This document shows, piece by piece, positions 23,586 through 31,915 of a stretch of 34,073 bases of DNA. The stretch's first letter is position 1. Every line of letters begins with the position of its first letter. Below the pieces are notes generated by a model. That model saw nothing but the letters and a program-made list of their open reading frames with translations, did no database searches and was not told the origin of the DNA. The position numbers and the translations under genes are program-made. The DNA comes from Octopus bimaculoides (Eukaryota): positions 252,159 through 286,231 of the forward strand of contig NC_068983.1 in NCBI RefSeq assembly GCF_001194135.2, written 5' to 3'.

Positions 23586-26500
23586 TGCTTCTATTTACCA
23601 ATTTCTGGTCTGTTTCTATCAAGGAATGAACTGGAAAGATTGTTTCTAGAAATGCTGCAGTTCAACATCAATGTACCATCAAGTGTGTATGCCAAGTATT
23701 ATTTTGACCTCCGAGCCCTGGCAGATGCGCATGACCTTTCTTTCCCTTTGGAAGCACTAAGTAAGGAACGGGCCCTCAAGTTAGAGGTAACTTACTGTTT
23801 TTCTTTCTTCATTTTTTACCATGATTTAGAGTTGTACACGTGTCTAAGACATCTTAAATATTCAACAATGGTTTCTTGTCTGTCTTTGATGATGATGATG
23901 ATGTATATAGCTGAGATTTATTACGGAAAAGACAAGAGATTTTGTGGTGTGCATGTTTCTCCTGAATGACCCAGTACACAATGTAAAGTGGTTGGCATGT
24001 TAGGAAAGGCATTCAGCCATAGAAACCATGCCAAAGCAGACAATTGGCGTCTGGTGTGGCTCCTGGTCTTGCCAGCTCCTATTCAAATGTCCAACCCATA
24101 CCAGCTTGAAAAAAAACAGGTGTTAAATGATGATGATGATGATGATGATGGTGATGAGACGTAGAGGCTGCTTAACTAATTCAATTGATAAAATTCTGGG
24201 TGATGAATTGTGATGAAGTTTTGTGAAGGATTTAGAATTAAAGAAGAGGTTTGATTTGACAGATCCTGCTTTATAGAATTTGGTTGAACTTGGATAAGGG
24301 GAGAATAGAGAATATGATGTATGGTAATTTAACAGGTCAAAGGTTGAGAAAGAAGTGGGAGTGATATTATTTGATCTCAATGAAATAATGTGGAATTGAA
24401 GGAGGAGGTTGGGTGCAGGTGTGGCTGAGTGAATAAGAAGTTTGCTTCACAACTATATGGTTTTGGGCTCAGTCCCACTGTGGCACCTAGATAGAAACTG
24501 AAAGAAGCCTGTTATATAAAGTATATGTGTGTGTACACACGTGTGTTCGTGTGTCTTGACATCATGTGATGGGTTGTAAATGTCCCTGTCATACTAGCAG
24601 TGTCATTCGTTTCTTCCAATATTCTTTGGAAATGTGTCTGGCTGTGGGGGCAGAAATTATTACCTTACTTGGAAACAGGTGAGGGTTGGTGACACAAAAG
24701 ACATGCAGCCATAGAATATCTGGTTCAGTAAACTACATCCGATTAGTGCAAACATGGAAAAGTGGACGGAAAATGATGACACTACTAAGAAGCTACATAA
24801 ATTCTAGTTTAGAATCTGTTGTTGTTGTTGTAATGGAGACAACTAATTAGTCATGGACAACCAGAGACGACAACAAGAGATTTATGTTGTGTCTTGTGTG
24901 ACAAAAGTTGGAATTAACAAGTGTTATCCCACTTATCCGCCACTACATTGCCTATATTCTGCTTATGGTTTAGTAGAGTTATCTCGTTTAACTTTCATGA
25001 CCAACCTGTCATCATTAAATTGATAAAAGTTTCACCAGTAGATTAGTTAATCCGTTAATCTCCTCTCTCTACTATACCGACTTCTGCGAGTTGCTCTCTT
25101 GTCACATCCACACCTTTCATCACTTGTAGCCATCCCTCCAGGTTCCACACTACTATGTCCAATCATTTTCCTCCTGTCCATTGACCTTTTGAATTTCCTC
25201 CTGCTTTGTCTTTTCTTGCCATCATCAGATGTTTTGCAGTGTTAATGACATCCCATTGATGCCTCTCCCACTTACTATCAAGATAATGCAAAAGATGGAC
25301 CAACAGAATTACTCAGGGACACACTCTACCTGGAAAGCAAATAGTAAAGTCAGTGCTAATAATGTAGTGAAAAGCATAGTTTACTTACAGTCACGCTGGT
25401 GATGAAACAATAATGAAATAATTGGTCAAGACAATTTTAATTAAAATCATTAATTAATTGTGCTCGATGAAAATAGAGGAGTGAGTGTGATGTTTGGCAG
25501 GACAATAACATTGGACATGTTTCTGTATTATTAAACCTCATCAACAAAGCAATCTTTTCCAGTACAAGCTCTGATTTTGCCATTTGTAGACATGATTTAT
25601 GAATGACTAAGCCAGCAGTTTCACGTATAAACATCAATGTTGATTTGTAAACATGTCTTGTGATGATTGACATAACAACATCTTTGTCAACAACTCCAGA
25701 TATGAAAACAGAGGTTAGGGGCAGTTTGAGATGGTTCTAGCTGATAGGTCAGCAGGCTGTGTCCAGCCACAGACACCATATTTCTTGAGACAGTTTCACC
25801 AAAAAAAGAAGAAGCAACATTACATTATGTTCCTTGATTTGGCTGAGTTGTGTTCAAGCATGTAGTTATGAGTGAATAGGTTTTGAGAGCAGTTGAAGTC
25901 TTGTAGACAAGTTCTGTAAGAAACAGGGGATTTGTGACAAATTCAACGAAGAATTCAGCCTGAAGGTTGGTATTTAGCAGGACTCTGTCTTCAATCCCTT
26001 ACTATTCATTATAAATCTTGAGGAATTCATAACTGTGCGTGTTTGAAGCAGTTGGCGGTAGTTTTAAATGGACAATCTGTTGAAGAATTAAAGGAAACGT
26101 TTCAAACCTGTAAGAATGGCTTAGAATCCAAAAAACAAAGACCTCATTCTTTGCAGTTAGCAAAGAATGAGTGTATCATGGAGGAAAGAAGTCAGTAGGG
26201 ATCCTATGCTGTGTACTCAATGTCAGGAATGGGGGACGTCTGACAGATTCACAGAAGACAAGAAAAGTGATGGGTAAAGAGAAGTAGTTAAAGGAGTTCC
26301 AATGAAATTGAACTCGTAAACTGTTTGAGTGAATCCCTGAATACTGTAGGCAGGGTGAACCTAATCAGTGGTGCTAGGGGTGGCAGTAGTGATGTTAGAG
26401 TAGGGGGTAGAGGGGTGGTTGCAGTGATAGTATNNNNNNNNNNTACTGCCTTTGTCGGAACCAAAGGAAGAAAATATGAGACATGATTGTTGTCTATAAG

Positions 26501-27283
26501 ACAACAATTATGTTTGAGGCCAGAGAGAAATAAAATGGGCATTGATCTGACTGGTCCCGGGCTAGTGACACGTAAAAAGCACCATTCAAGTGTGGCCGAT
26601 GCCAGTACCGCCTGACTGGCCCTCGTGCCGGTGGCACATAAAAAGCACTCACTACACTCTCAGAGTGGTTGGCATTAGAAAGGGCATCCAGCTGTAGAAA
26701 CATTGCCAGATCAGATTGGAGCCTGGTGTAGCCACCTGTATTGTCAGTCAAACCGTCCAACCCATGCCAGCATGGAATATGGATGTTAAATGATGATGAT
26801 GATTGATCTGTGTTGAAAAGATGGTCAAGAGGGGTGAGGGGTATTATTGCTTAAAGATTTTTTATGAACCAATTACTGGGTCACTACATATCTGATAGCA
26901 ACAGGGGCCACATGGAACCACATCATTGAGAAGCATAGTAACTCTTTGGCTGTTGCTTTGTTCACGTGTAGAAGAGAGAGAGATATAGCTGGGTTGGTGG
27001 TGGGGTAACTCTTGTAGAAGACTGACGTTGTTGTTATTTAGGACAGGTAATTATCAATATAGCTGGGGGTCATCATACTGCAGCAGCTTGGTTAAAATGG
27101 TTTGAAATGATATTGAAATGAATTTCAAGATGCTCTTTTCACTTATTTTCTCTTGTTTTGTAGGCCATGTCCAGTGTGTGTGAAGACAAAATGAAAATGT
27201 GGTTGAAGAAGGATTTAAAGAGATCTGCTAGTCTTGATGGATTAACATCTTATCATACTTGTAGCAAGGCTATATTATCTTGA
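3985..27283 (+). CDS. CCNY: Cyclin-Y family gene, 8 coding exons, 370 aa
   Basis: Manual splicing gives an uninterrupted 1113-nt CDS (214+75+44+210+120+167+163+120) with GT-AG introns and matching phases. It contains hallmark Cyclin-Y segments: MGxxx[118 protein letters not shown] and RSAS. Confidence 0.96.
4969..5050 (+). other. Long inverted repeat/hairpin around a (GC)n(GT)n core
   Basis: GGGACTAGTAGGGCTGTCGTTTAT (4974-4997) pairs with ATAAACGACAGCCCTACTTGTCCC (5022-5045) at 23/24. TAAG/CTTA extends the stem. Confidence 0.9.
6330..6455 (-). mobile_element. Short degenerate RTE RT fragment
   Basis: The - strand reads [25 protein letters not shown], homologous to the post-YADD segment at 6510-6600. 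Confidence 0.55.
6507..7302 (+). mobile_element. Degenerate RTE LINE, RT C-terminal half to ORF end
   Basis: [45 protein letters not shown], where the YADD motif has decayed to YAED at 6516-6527. Followed by a Cys-rich WPCSIC..CSLCKLW segment and WYGHV..KGRPRKT, with stops and frameshifts. Confidence 0.85.
7303..8198 (-). mobile_element. RTE LINE 3' portion: ORF C-terminus, 3' UTR and (GAT)n tail
   Basis: The - strand reads [34 protein letters not shown]...WYGHVLHMD...[14 protein letters not shown] and continues directly into the recurrent (GAT)n-tailed repeat. This shows that the recurrent repeat is the RTE 3' UTR. Confidence 0.9.
8991..9185 (+). mobile_element. RTE 3'-UTR remnant
   Basis: Same core, CCATGCCAGCATG and a (GAT)n tail. 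Confidence 0.82.
9260..9960 (-). mobile_element. Old RTE fragment (linker and RT N-terminus)
   Basis: The - strand reads [36 protein letters not shown] nucleotide segment resembles 33846-33910 (agcaaccactgatgccttc vs agcactactgatgccttat). Confidence 0.65.
10000..10985. repeat. Degenerate ~52-bp minisatellite interrupted by the MITE
   Basis: Unit ~GTCTCTAACCTTTCATGTCTCCTCTGTACTCTATTCTGCCTCCATGTGGTCT; GTCTCTAACC occurs at 10016 and 10068. Roughly 6 units left and 8 right of 10323-10545. Confidence 0.85.
10323..10545. mobile_element. 223-bp mariner-type MITE
   Basis: 29-bp TIRs TGAGGGGCTGCTAAAAAGTTCCTGGCTTT match at 27/29. TA target duplications at 10321-10322 and 10546-10547. No coding capacity. 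Confidence 0.88.
12507..12674 (+). mobile_element. RTE 3'-UTR remnant (diverged)
   Basis: AAGTGGTTGGTATTAGGGAAGGCATC..GTCCAACCCATGTCAACATGGACATTAAATGAT. Confidence 0.75.
12961..13272 (+). mobile_element. RTE 3'-UTR remnant with several internal GGTGACATGT repeats
   Basis: Repeated GCTGGTGACA(T/C)G motif, then the core, CCATGCTAGCATGG and (GAT)n. Confidence 0.82.
13355..13590 (+). mobile_element. Degenerate RTE RT fragment
   Basis: Decayed [27 protein letters not shown], homologous to 6507-6690. Confidence 0.55.
13644..14102 (-). mobile_element. tRNA-derived SINE, type B1, full length
   Basis: Head GGCGTAGGAGCGGCTGTGTGGTAAG..GGTTCCGGACTCAGTCCC, a central (AT)n/(GT)n, and the conserved 3' body. 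Confidence 0.88.
15205..15275 (+). mobile_element. Very short RTE 3' end
   Basis: CATCCAACCCATGGTAGCATGGGA..GTTAAATGATGAT. Confidence 0.6.
15480..15554 (+). CDS. CCNY: CCNY coding exon 2 ([25 protein letters not shown])
   Basis: Acceptor tttccattgcag|, donor A|GTAAGC, 75 nt, phase 1 to 1. Resembles the 'PSDHPRASTIFLSKS' segment of Cyclin-Y. Confidence 0.88.
16758..16837. repeat. Compound (TAA)n/(TAATAT) microsatellite
   Basis: Read directly from the sequence; it explains the poly-N and poly-I ORFs. Confidence 0.9.
16839..17175 (+). mobile_element. tRNA-derived SINE, type B1, 5'-truncated, within a (TAA)n tract
   Basis: ACATGGTTCCGGGTTCAGTC..ACTGAAAGAAGCCC..(GT)n..CTTAGCGGTTCGGC..GCTCCAGCATGGCC..GAGTAAAAGAGTAA, with (TAA)n on both sides. 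Confidence 0.85.
17773..18206 (-). mobile_element. tRNA-derived SINE, type B2 (B1-like head, RTE-like 3' tail)
   Basis: The head matches B1. The 3' part (AAACAGGT..GGGCATCCAGTCATAGAAAATCTG..GACGTTAAAATGACGATGATGAT) matches 24412-24780 and the RTE tail. Confidence 0.7.
18458..18675 (+). mobile_element. RTE 3'-UTR remnant just upstream of CCNY exon 3
   Basis: Core motif plus a (GAT)n tail ending about 50 nt before the exon 3 acceptor. Confidence 0.8.
18728..18771 (+). CDS. CCNY: CCNY coding exon 3 ([15 protein letters not shown])
   Basis: Acceptor ttttctatttacag|, donor C|GTAACT. The 44-nt exon converts phase 1 to phase 0 as needed to join exons 2 and 4. Its basic cluster resembles the 'REKRKS' segment. 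Confidence 0.75.
19043..19255. mobile_element. Degenerate piggyBac-type MITE-like repeat
   Basis: Decayed TTAACCCTTT...AAGGGTTAA-like ends (tcaacattttt / gagggtttga) around an AT-rich body recalled from octopus repeats. Not verified by search. Confidence 0.35.
20101..20310 (+). CDS. CCNY: CCNY coding exon 4 ([17 protein letters not shown]...[12 protein letters not shown])
   Basis: Acceptor aattttccag|, donor T|GTGAGT, 210 nt, phase 0 to 0, with strongly conserved Cyclin-Y sequence. Confidence 0.95.
20498..21266 (+). mobile_element. Internally deleted copy of the same maT-like transposon (CCNY intron 4)
   Basis: TIRs CAGGGTGTTTGGTCTAAATTTGA at 20498 and TCAAATTTAGCCCAAATGCCCTG ending at 21266, followed by TA. 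Transposase remnant [37 protein letters not shown]. The 3' end matches 474-540 and 1170-1250 in reverse complement. Confidence 0.85.
21380..21499 (+). CDS. CCNY: CCNY coding exon 5 ([40 protein letters not shown])
   Basis: Acceptor ttttttcaacag|, donor G|GTAAGT, 120 nt. Encodes the start of the cyclin box. Confidence 0.96.
21566..21990 (+). mobile_element. RTE 3'-UTR remnant (long)
   Basis: TGCTTGAGAAGACC UTR start, internal repeats, core, CCATGCTAGCATGG and (GAT)n. Confidence 0.85.
22416..22447 (+). repeat. (GAT)n microsatellite next to the exon 6 acceptor
   Basis: About 10 units, ending 13 nt before the exon start. Confidence 0.95.
22461..22627 (+). CDS. CCNY: CCNY coding exon 6 ([12 protein letters not shown]...[11 protein letters not shown])
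   Basis: Acceptor tattgtag|, donor AT|GTAAGT, 167 nt, phase 0 to 2. Encodes the cyclin box core. Confidence 0.96.
22860..23265. mobile_element. Possible MITE with 14-bp TIRs and an internal 27-bp direct repeat
   Basis: CTAACATTTACCAT (22860-22873) vs ATGGTAACTGTTAA (23252-23265) match at 12/14 inverted. Perfect direct repeat TGTTAGGAATGGTAAATGAAATGGTAA at 22873-22899 and 23232-23258. Confidence 0.4.
23525..23584 (+). repeat. (CA)30 microsatellite upstream of the exon 7 acceptor
   Basis: 60-nt perfect CA run ending 37 nt before the acceptor AG. Confidence 0.95.
23624..23786 (+). CDS. CCNY: CCNY coding exon 7 ([30 protein letters not shown]...ALKLE)
   Basis: Acceptor tttctatcaag|, donor AG|GTAACT, 163 nt, phase 2 to 0. 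Confidence 0.96.
23969..24157 (+). mobile_element. RTE 3'-UTR remnant
   Basis: Core motif plus a long (GAT)n tail. Confidence 0.8.
24412..24780 (+). mobile_element. tRNA-derived SINE, type B2
   Basis: GGTGCAGGTGTGGCTGAGTGAATAAG..GGCTCAGTCCCACTG head, then AACTGAAAGAAGCC, ACATCATGTGATGG and GGAAACAGGTGAGGGTTGG..CATGGAAAAGTGGACGGAAAATGATGAC. Confidence 0.7.
25700..26250 (+). mobile_element. Heavily degenerate RTE RT fragment
   Basis: [19 protein letters not shown] resembles the RT 'GVHQGSVLSPLLF' motif, followed by [18 protein letters not shown]. Confidence 0.55.
26547..26803 (+). mobile_element. RTE 3'-UTR remnant
   Basis: Near reverse complement of 7303-7540. Core, CCATGCCAGCATGG and (GAT)n. 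Confidence 0.85.
27164..27283 (+). CDS. CCNY: CCNY terminal coding exon 8 ([11 protein letters not shown]...KRSASLDG...KAILS*)
   Basis: Long polypyrimidine acceptor ttttctcttgttttgtag|. Contains CEDK and RSAS motifs and ends with the typical xAILS-stop (TGA 27281-27283). Confidence 0.92.
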   Translation, partial: AMSSVCEDKMKMWLKKDLKRSASLDGLTSYHTCSKAILS

Positions 27284-27685
27284 CACCGAAACACTAAATG
27301 GATTTATGGACTTGTAGACAAAGAAACACCGCCAGTCTTTGGACCAGCATTATTTATTGTCTTTTATAAATGGATCGAACGTCTGGTGCTAGAAACTGGA
27401 TACCACTGTTACTACTGGCCCACTGTCCACTTTTATTTTTGGTTATTGGCGCTGTCTTTACAGGAACAGTCAGTGTTAATGGGGTGGGAGGGGGTTGGTC
27501 TGATAATCACATGTAATGTGTTTCTTTGGTGTAGTGTTGGCACTACTGCTATCATTGTTAACAAGAACAACCGGCTTCTTCGTGGCTTACATGATGGCAT
27601 CAAATACTAATGAGCCGGACAAACTGGACAGGAATTTCACTCAAGAATCTGTGTATGTTGTAAAGAGACAGAAGGCAAATATCGC

Positions 27686-27686
<1 letters not shown>

Positions 27687-27742
<56 letters not shown>
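27687..27742 (+). repeat. (TG)28 microsatellite in the probable CCNY 3' UTR
   Basis: Perfect TG run about 400 nt after the stop codon. Confidence 0.95.
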
Positions 27743-27747
<5 letters not shown>

Positions 27748-28117
27748 TGGCTACTACATATCTTACATCCAGCATGTACCGACATTCATCCTTCTTAGTG
27801 GCTTTTGGAGGTATCAGTTACGGTAAGACAGCAACAAATGATCTTTATTGTGATGTTACTCAGTTAAATAAGTGTACACACCTGTGTATGTGTATATGCA
27901 CTCTGGTTTCACTGTGTGTGCATGTGTGTATATGTATAGACTGGACTTCCAAAATGAAATGTTGCTATGTGTGGATCAAATAATACAATTGTCTTTTTTT
28001 TGAGTTTTGGTTAAATCTTACTTTGTATTAATTATAGCATGCTATTCTCTCTTTGTCTCTCTCTTTCTCTTTCTCTCTCTCCCCCACTCTCTCTCATATA
28101 TATATATATGTATATAT

Positions 28118-28704
28118 ATAATTTAATAACAATTTGATTCAGCTCCCTACAACTTAGATTTGTGGGCTTATAAAAGAAACCTAGATTTTCAAGCTTAGAA
28201 AACTGATTGAAGAAAGTCCAAGATGGCTACTGGAGATTGAGTAACATATTACCCACTAACAAGCTGATTCCACCAGCTCACACCTGCTCACACACACACA
28301 CACACACAACATACACATGCTTGTGCATTCATGCAGTAGGTATAAACCCCCTGTNNNNNNNNNNNNNNNNNNNNNNNNNNNNNNNNNNNNNNNNNNNNNN
28401 NNNNNNNNNNNNNNNCCCGACAACTGGTGTTGCTCAATGCTCTCCTTATCCCTTTGACAGGGACACATCACCAACATCCTGTTCAACCAAGTGGTACTAA
28501 AGATACAGATTGGAATTGCTGTCTCTAAGGAATTATTAATATAAGCAGCAGCTTTTCTGCTGCCTTGAACAATGGCAGCAGGATCTCCAAAAGCCATCTT
28601 GAACTTTCTTCATTCAGTTATCTCAGCCCAAGGAGTCAGGTTTATTCTATGAGATCGCAAAACTTTAAGTTGCATGGAGCTGAATGAAACGGTTATCAAA
28701 TGAT
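28118..28704. repeat. ~120-bp imperfect inverted repeat pair (28118-28237 / 28583-28704)
   Basis: Manual alignment: the outer 39 nt match at 32/39 and the inner 45 nt at 39/45; the middle is more diverged. Confidence 0.8.
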
Positions 28705-28739
28705 ATTTCTAAGTCCTACCAAATACGTTGAGTGCCACT

Positions 28740-29280
28740 TTTTCACTCACTTGTGTATATATGTGTGTGTGTGTGTGTGTAATATAGTACATATGTATGT
28801 ATATAAAATTGTGTATTTATATATGTATGTGTGTGTGTGTGTATATATATATAATACATGTGTGTGTGTGTGTGTGTGTGTATATTATATATATATATAG
28901 TGCATGTCTATGTGTGTGTAGATATATATTGTAATATTTTGGGGGAGGTCATATGTGTTTCACCACATGATTTCACACACCAGGAATCTTGCAAAGCAAA
29001 TGCATAAACAAACAAACATACAAATAAAGTAACACATATATAACACGTGTTATGCATAAAATGGAGCCAGTCTCTACGCAGCCTGTATACTTCTGCTTCT
29101 GTTTTGTTCAACAAAACCTGAATAGTTTTTGTTTTGCTTTTGACTTAAACTCTTTTTTCTAAAATACATGTTTCTGTGATGATCATATTGTATATCTATG
29201 TATATCTGGTTATGCATGTGTATTTGTGTCTGAGTGTATGTATGTCTTTATCTCTGTGTGTTTATATGTATTTATATCTA

Positions 29281-29312
<32 letters not shown>

Positions 29313-29391
29313 GCTAGCTATTTATATATANNNNNNNNNNGCGGGTGTTTGTATTTTCTATACCAATCAAAACAAACAACTAGTATGAGTG

Positions 29392-29440
<49 letters not shown>
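28740..29440. repeat. Cluster of (TA)n/(TG)n/(TCTG)n microsatellites
   Basis: Multiple dinucleotide and tetranucleotide runs; includes a gap at 29331-29340. Confidence 0.85.
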
Positions 29441-29513
29441 CTGCTACATACTTTATATGTTACCAATATACCCTATTTGCACAACTAACGTTAGTCCTAA
29501 CTCACTGTCTTAC

Positions 29514-29705
29514 TGTTAATCCTGTTCACTGTATTCCCTTCTTTGTCAATCCTGTTCACTGTATTCCCTTCTTTGTCAATCCTGTTCACTGNNNNNNNNN
29601 NTCCCTTCTTTGTCAATCCTGTTCACTGTATTCCCTTCTTTGTCAATCCTGTTCACTGTATTCCCTTCTTTGTCAATCCTGTTCATTGTATAACCTTCCT
29701 GTTAA
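29514..29705. repeat. Near-perfect 30-bp minisatellite spanning a gap
   Basis: Unit AATCCTGTTCACTGTATTCCCTTCTTTGTC, about 6 visible copies, with N10 at 29592-29601. Confidence 0.92.
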
Positions 29706-29847
29706 TGTCAACAATATTTGTGTTTTAAACTAAGTTTCTCACACAAATATCAAACCAGTCCTGTTTTTTCAACCATTAAACAATTTTTACAGCTTTCAGT
29801 TGATTTCTGTTTATTTTCTCTGTGACAAACTAATTTCAATTCTTTCA

Positions 29848-29889
<42 letters not shown>

Positions 29890-30181
29890 CATTTCCTTCT
29901 AATTTTTGTTTGTCTCTTATGACAAGTGTTTGATTTTCAAAGTTGACTTCATCAGTGTCACATCATCTCCCTACTCTCTTCATCCCCCTGCTCTCTTCAT
30001 CTCATCTGACCTTCTCAATAGCTTTCAATCCTCTTTATTTGTTAAACGTCATTCAGTTAAATATTATCTTTTAACCAATCAAAATCAATTATACTTTTTC
30101 ATTCTATTTTCCCCATCTCCCACCCCCCATCCATCCATCTTCTGCCCTCTTCTTTCACTCTTTCAATAATTTCTCTTCCCG

Positions 30182-30183
<2 letters not shown>

Positions 30184-30230
<47 letters not shown>

Positions 30231-30330
30231 CTTCGACTCTTTCTCTTTCACAGCAACATACATTCTCTGACTTTCTGACTCTCTCTCTCTCTCTTTCACT
30301 CCTAATGACACACACACACTCTCTTTCTCT
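30184..30330. repeat. (CA)n and (CT)n microsatellites
   Basis: Read directly from the sequence. Confidence 0.85.
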
Positions 30331-31915
30331 GACTGTCCCTCTTTGTCACACACAAACATATTCTTCCTCTCCCTTGCATTGCTAGTTACCCTCATTGTGG
30401 TTAAGTGAACTGAGTCATTTTTCACAATCATGCACATGCACCCCACCCACACACATACCCCACCCCCCAGGTTTTATAGTGATTTGACTTTTTTTAATGT
30501 ATTTTTTTAATCAAAACTTTTTCTTTTGATTTTCCTCGGAAAGCCTTTGTTTTTCTGCTTATTTTCCATTTTGTTTTATTCTCAATGTGTCCATTACATT
30601 GTTTGATCCTAAATCCTTCCCTTTTACTCTTAGCCAGGTTTTCTAGAAGAAATCCTTCGCTTCTAGTCAGTCAAAAATGGAAAAAAGAAAAAAAAAACCC
30701 CCCCATTAAAAAGTAACAAAAATTCCTAATCGTAGAAAAGTGTCCCGTGGTCAGTTCTAGGGTTTTAGTGATTATTGAAGCAGATTGTGATGAAACACCT
30801 GCAGCAGTTATTATTGTGGCTAACTCTTCGAATACCAAAGTACACTTTTTTAGTCAATAACACATCGAGTCAGGAGTAACAGACGATGCAACCCCATCAA
30901 GGATTTATGAAATTTAATAACATTTTTGTTCTTTGACAATATTTGCAGGCTTCATACCAAGCGTTTTTCCTAGACTCTTCTCATTCCCTGTGATACCATC
31001 ATGATATTCTATCATATTAGTTAATTTATTTTAGTTTTTCATTGCTTTCTCCAATTGTAATCTGTCACCTTGCTCTATGGCCGTTTGCTGACCACTTCTC
31101 AGCAGTTGATGGGTTTCAATTCCTTCTTTTTTTTTCCTTCCCCAAAGTCAATTTCGTTCTAATTCTTCTTCCAGACTCCATGTTAACAAAATTTCTTCAA
31201 TAAAAATTGTTCACTTTTGTGTTTTCGGTTTTTTTCTTGTTATTAATCTCACTTCTAAGAAATGGAATTAAATTGATTGAAAAGTATATTTCTACTAATT
31301 AATTAATGCCATTTATTAATCAGTTTTATAATTACTTAACTTTCCATTTCCAATCTTTTATAGACCTCTTGTTTGTTGTTCTTTCAGGATATTCTAATAT
31401 TTTTGTTGGGAAAAGAATATCCTGGAAATCCTAAATTTAGAACTGGTAATCCGGATTGAGTGGAAGAGATTTGACAAAAAATGGAAGCAGCAGCAGCAGT
31501 GGCAGCAGCAGCTCTAATCATTTCTTTCATTAACCAAATGGATGTGAACTAAAATATTGTGTTGCTTTTTAATGGTGTCGTTAGAGTTGGTGGGGGAGGG
31601 GGAAGGTCCCATTCAACGTCTGGCTTCATTGTTTTTCAACAGAATAAACTGGAATAGGATCACACAAGGACCAGGTAGTAGTATTTAGCTGGATGAGGGA
31701 TCAAATCTTCTGCACATGAGCAAATACACACCTTCCACTAGGATTCCATACATTTTCAGTCAATTTCACAAACAAGTCCCTTTCAGCATGACCGTCCTTC
31801 AACTGCCCTAACCAAGCAGCTTTTTTTTGTACCCAAAGTTACTGGAAATCCTCCCTCAACTCACTTCCTACTGTTTTTAAAAATCTGATTTGTTCATTTT
31901 TTGGACTCACTGAGT

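Noticed and set aside
23475-23969. 164-aa + strand ORF
   Set aside because: CCNY exon 7 read through into the flanking (CA)n intron; not a separate gene.
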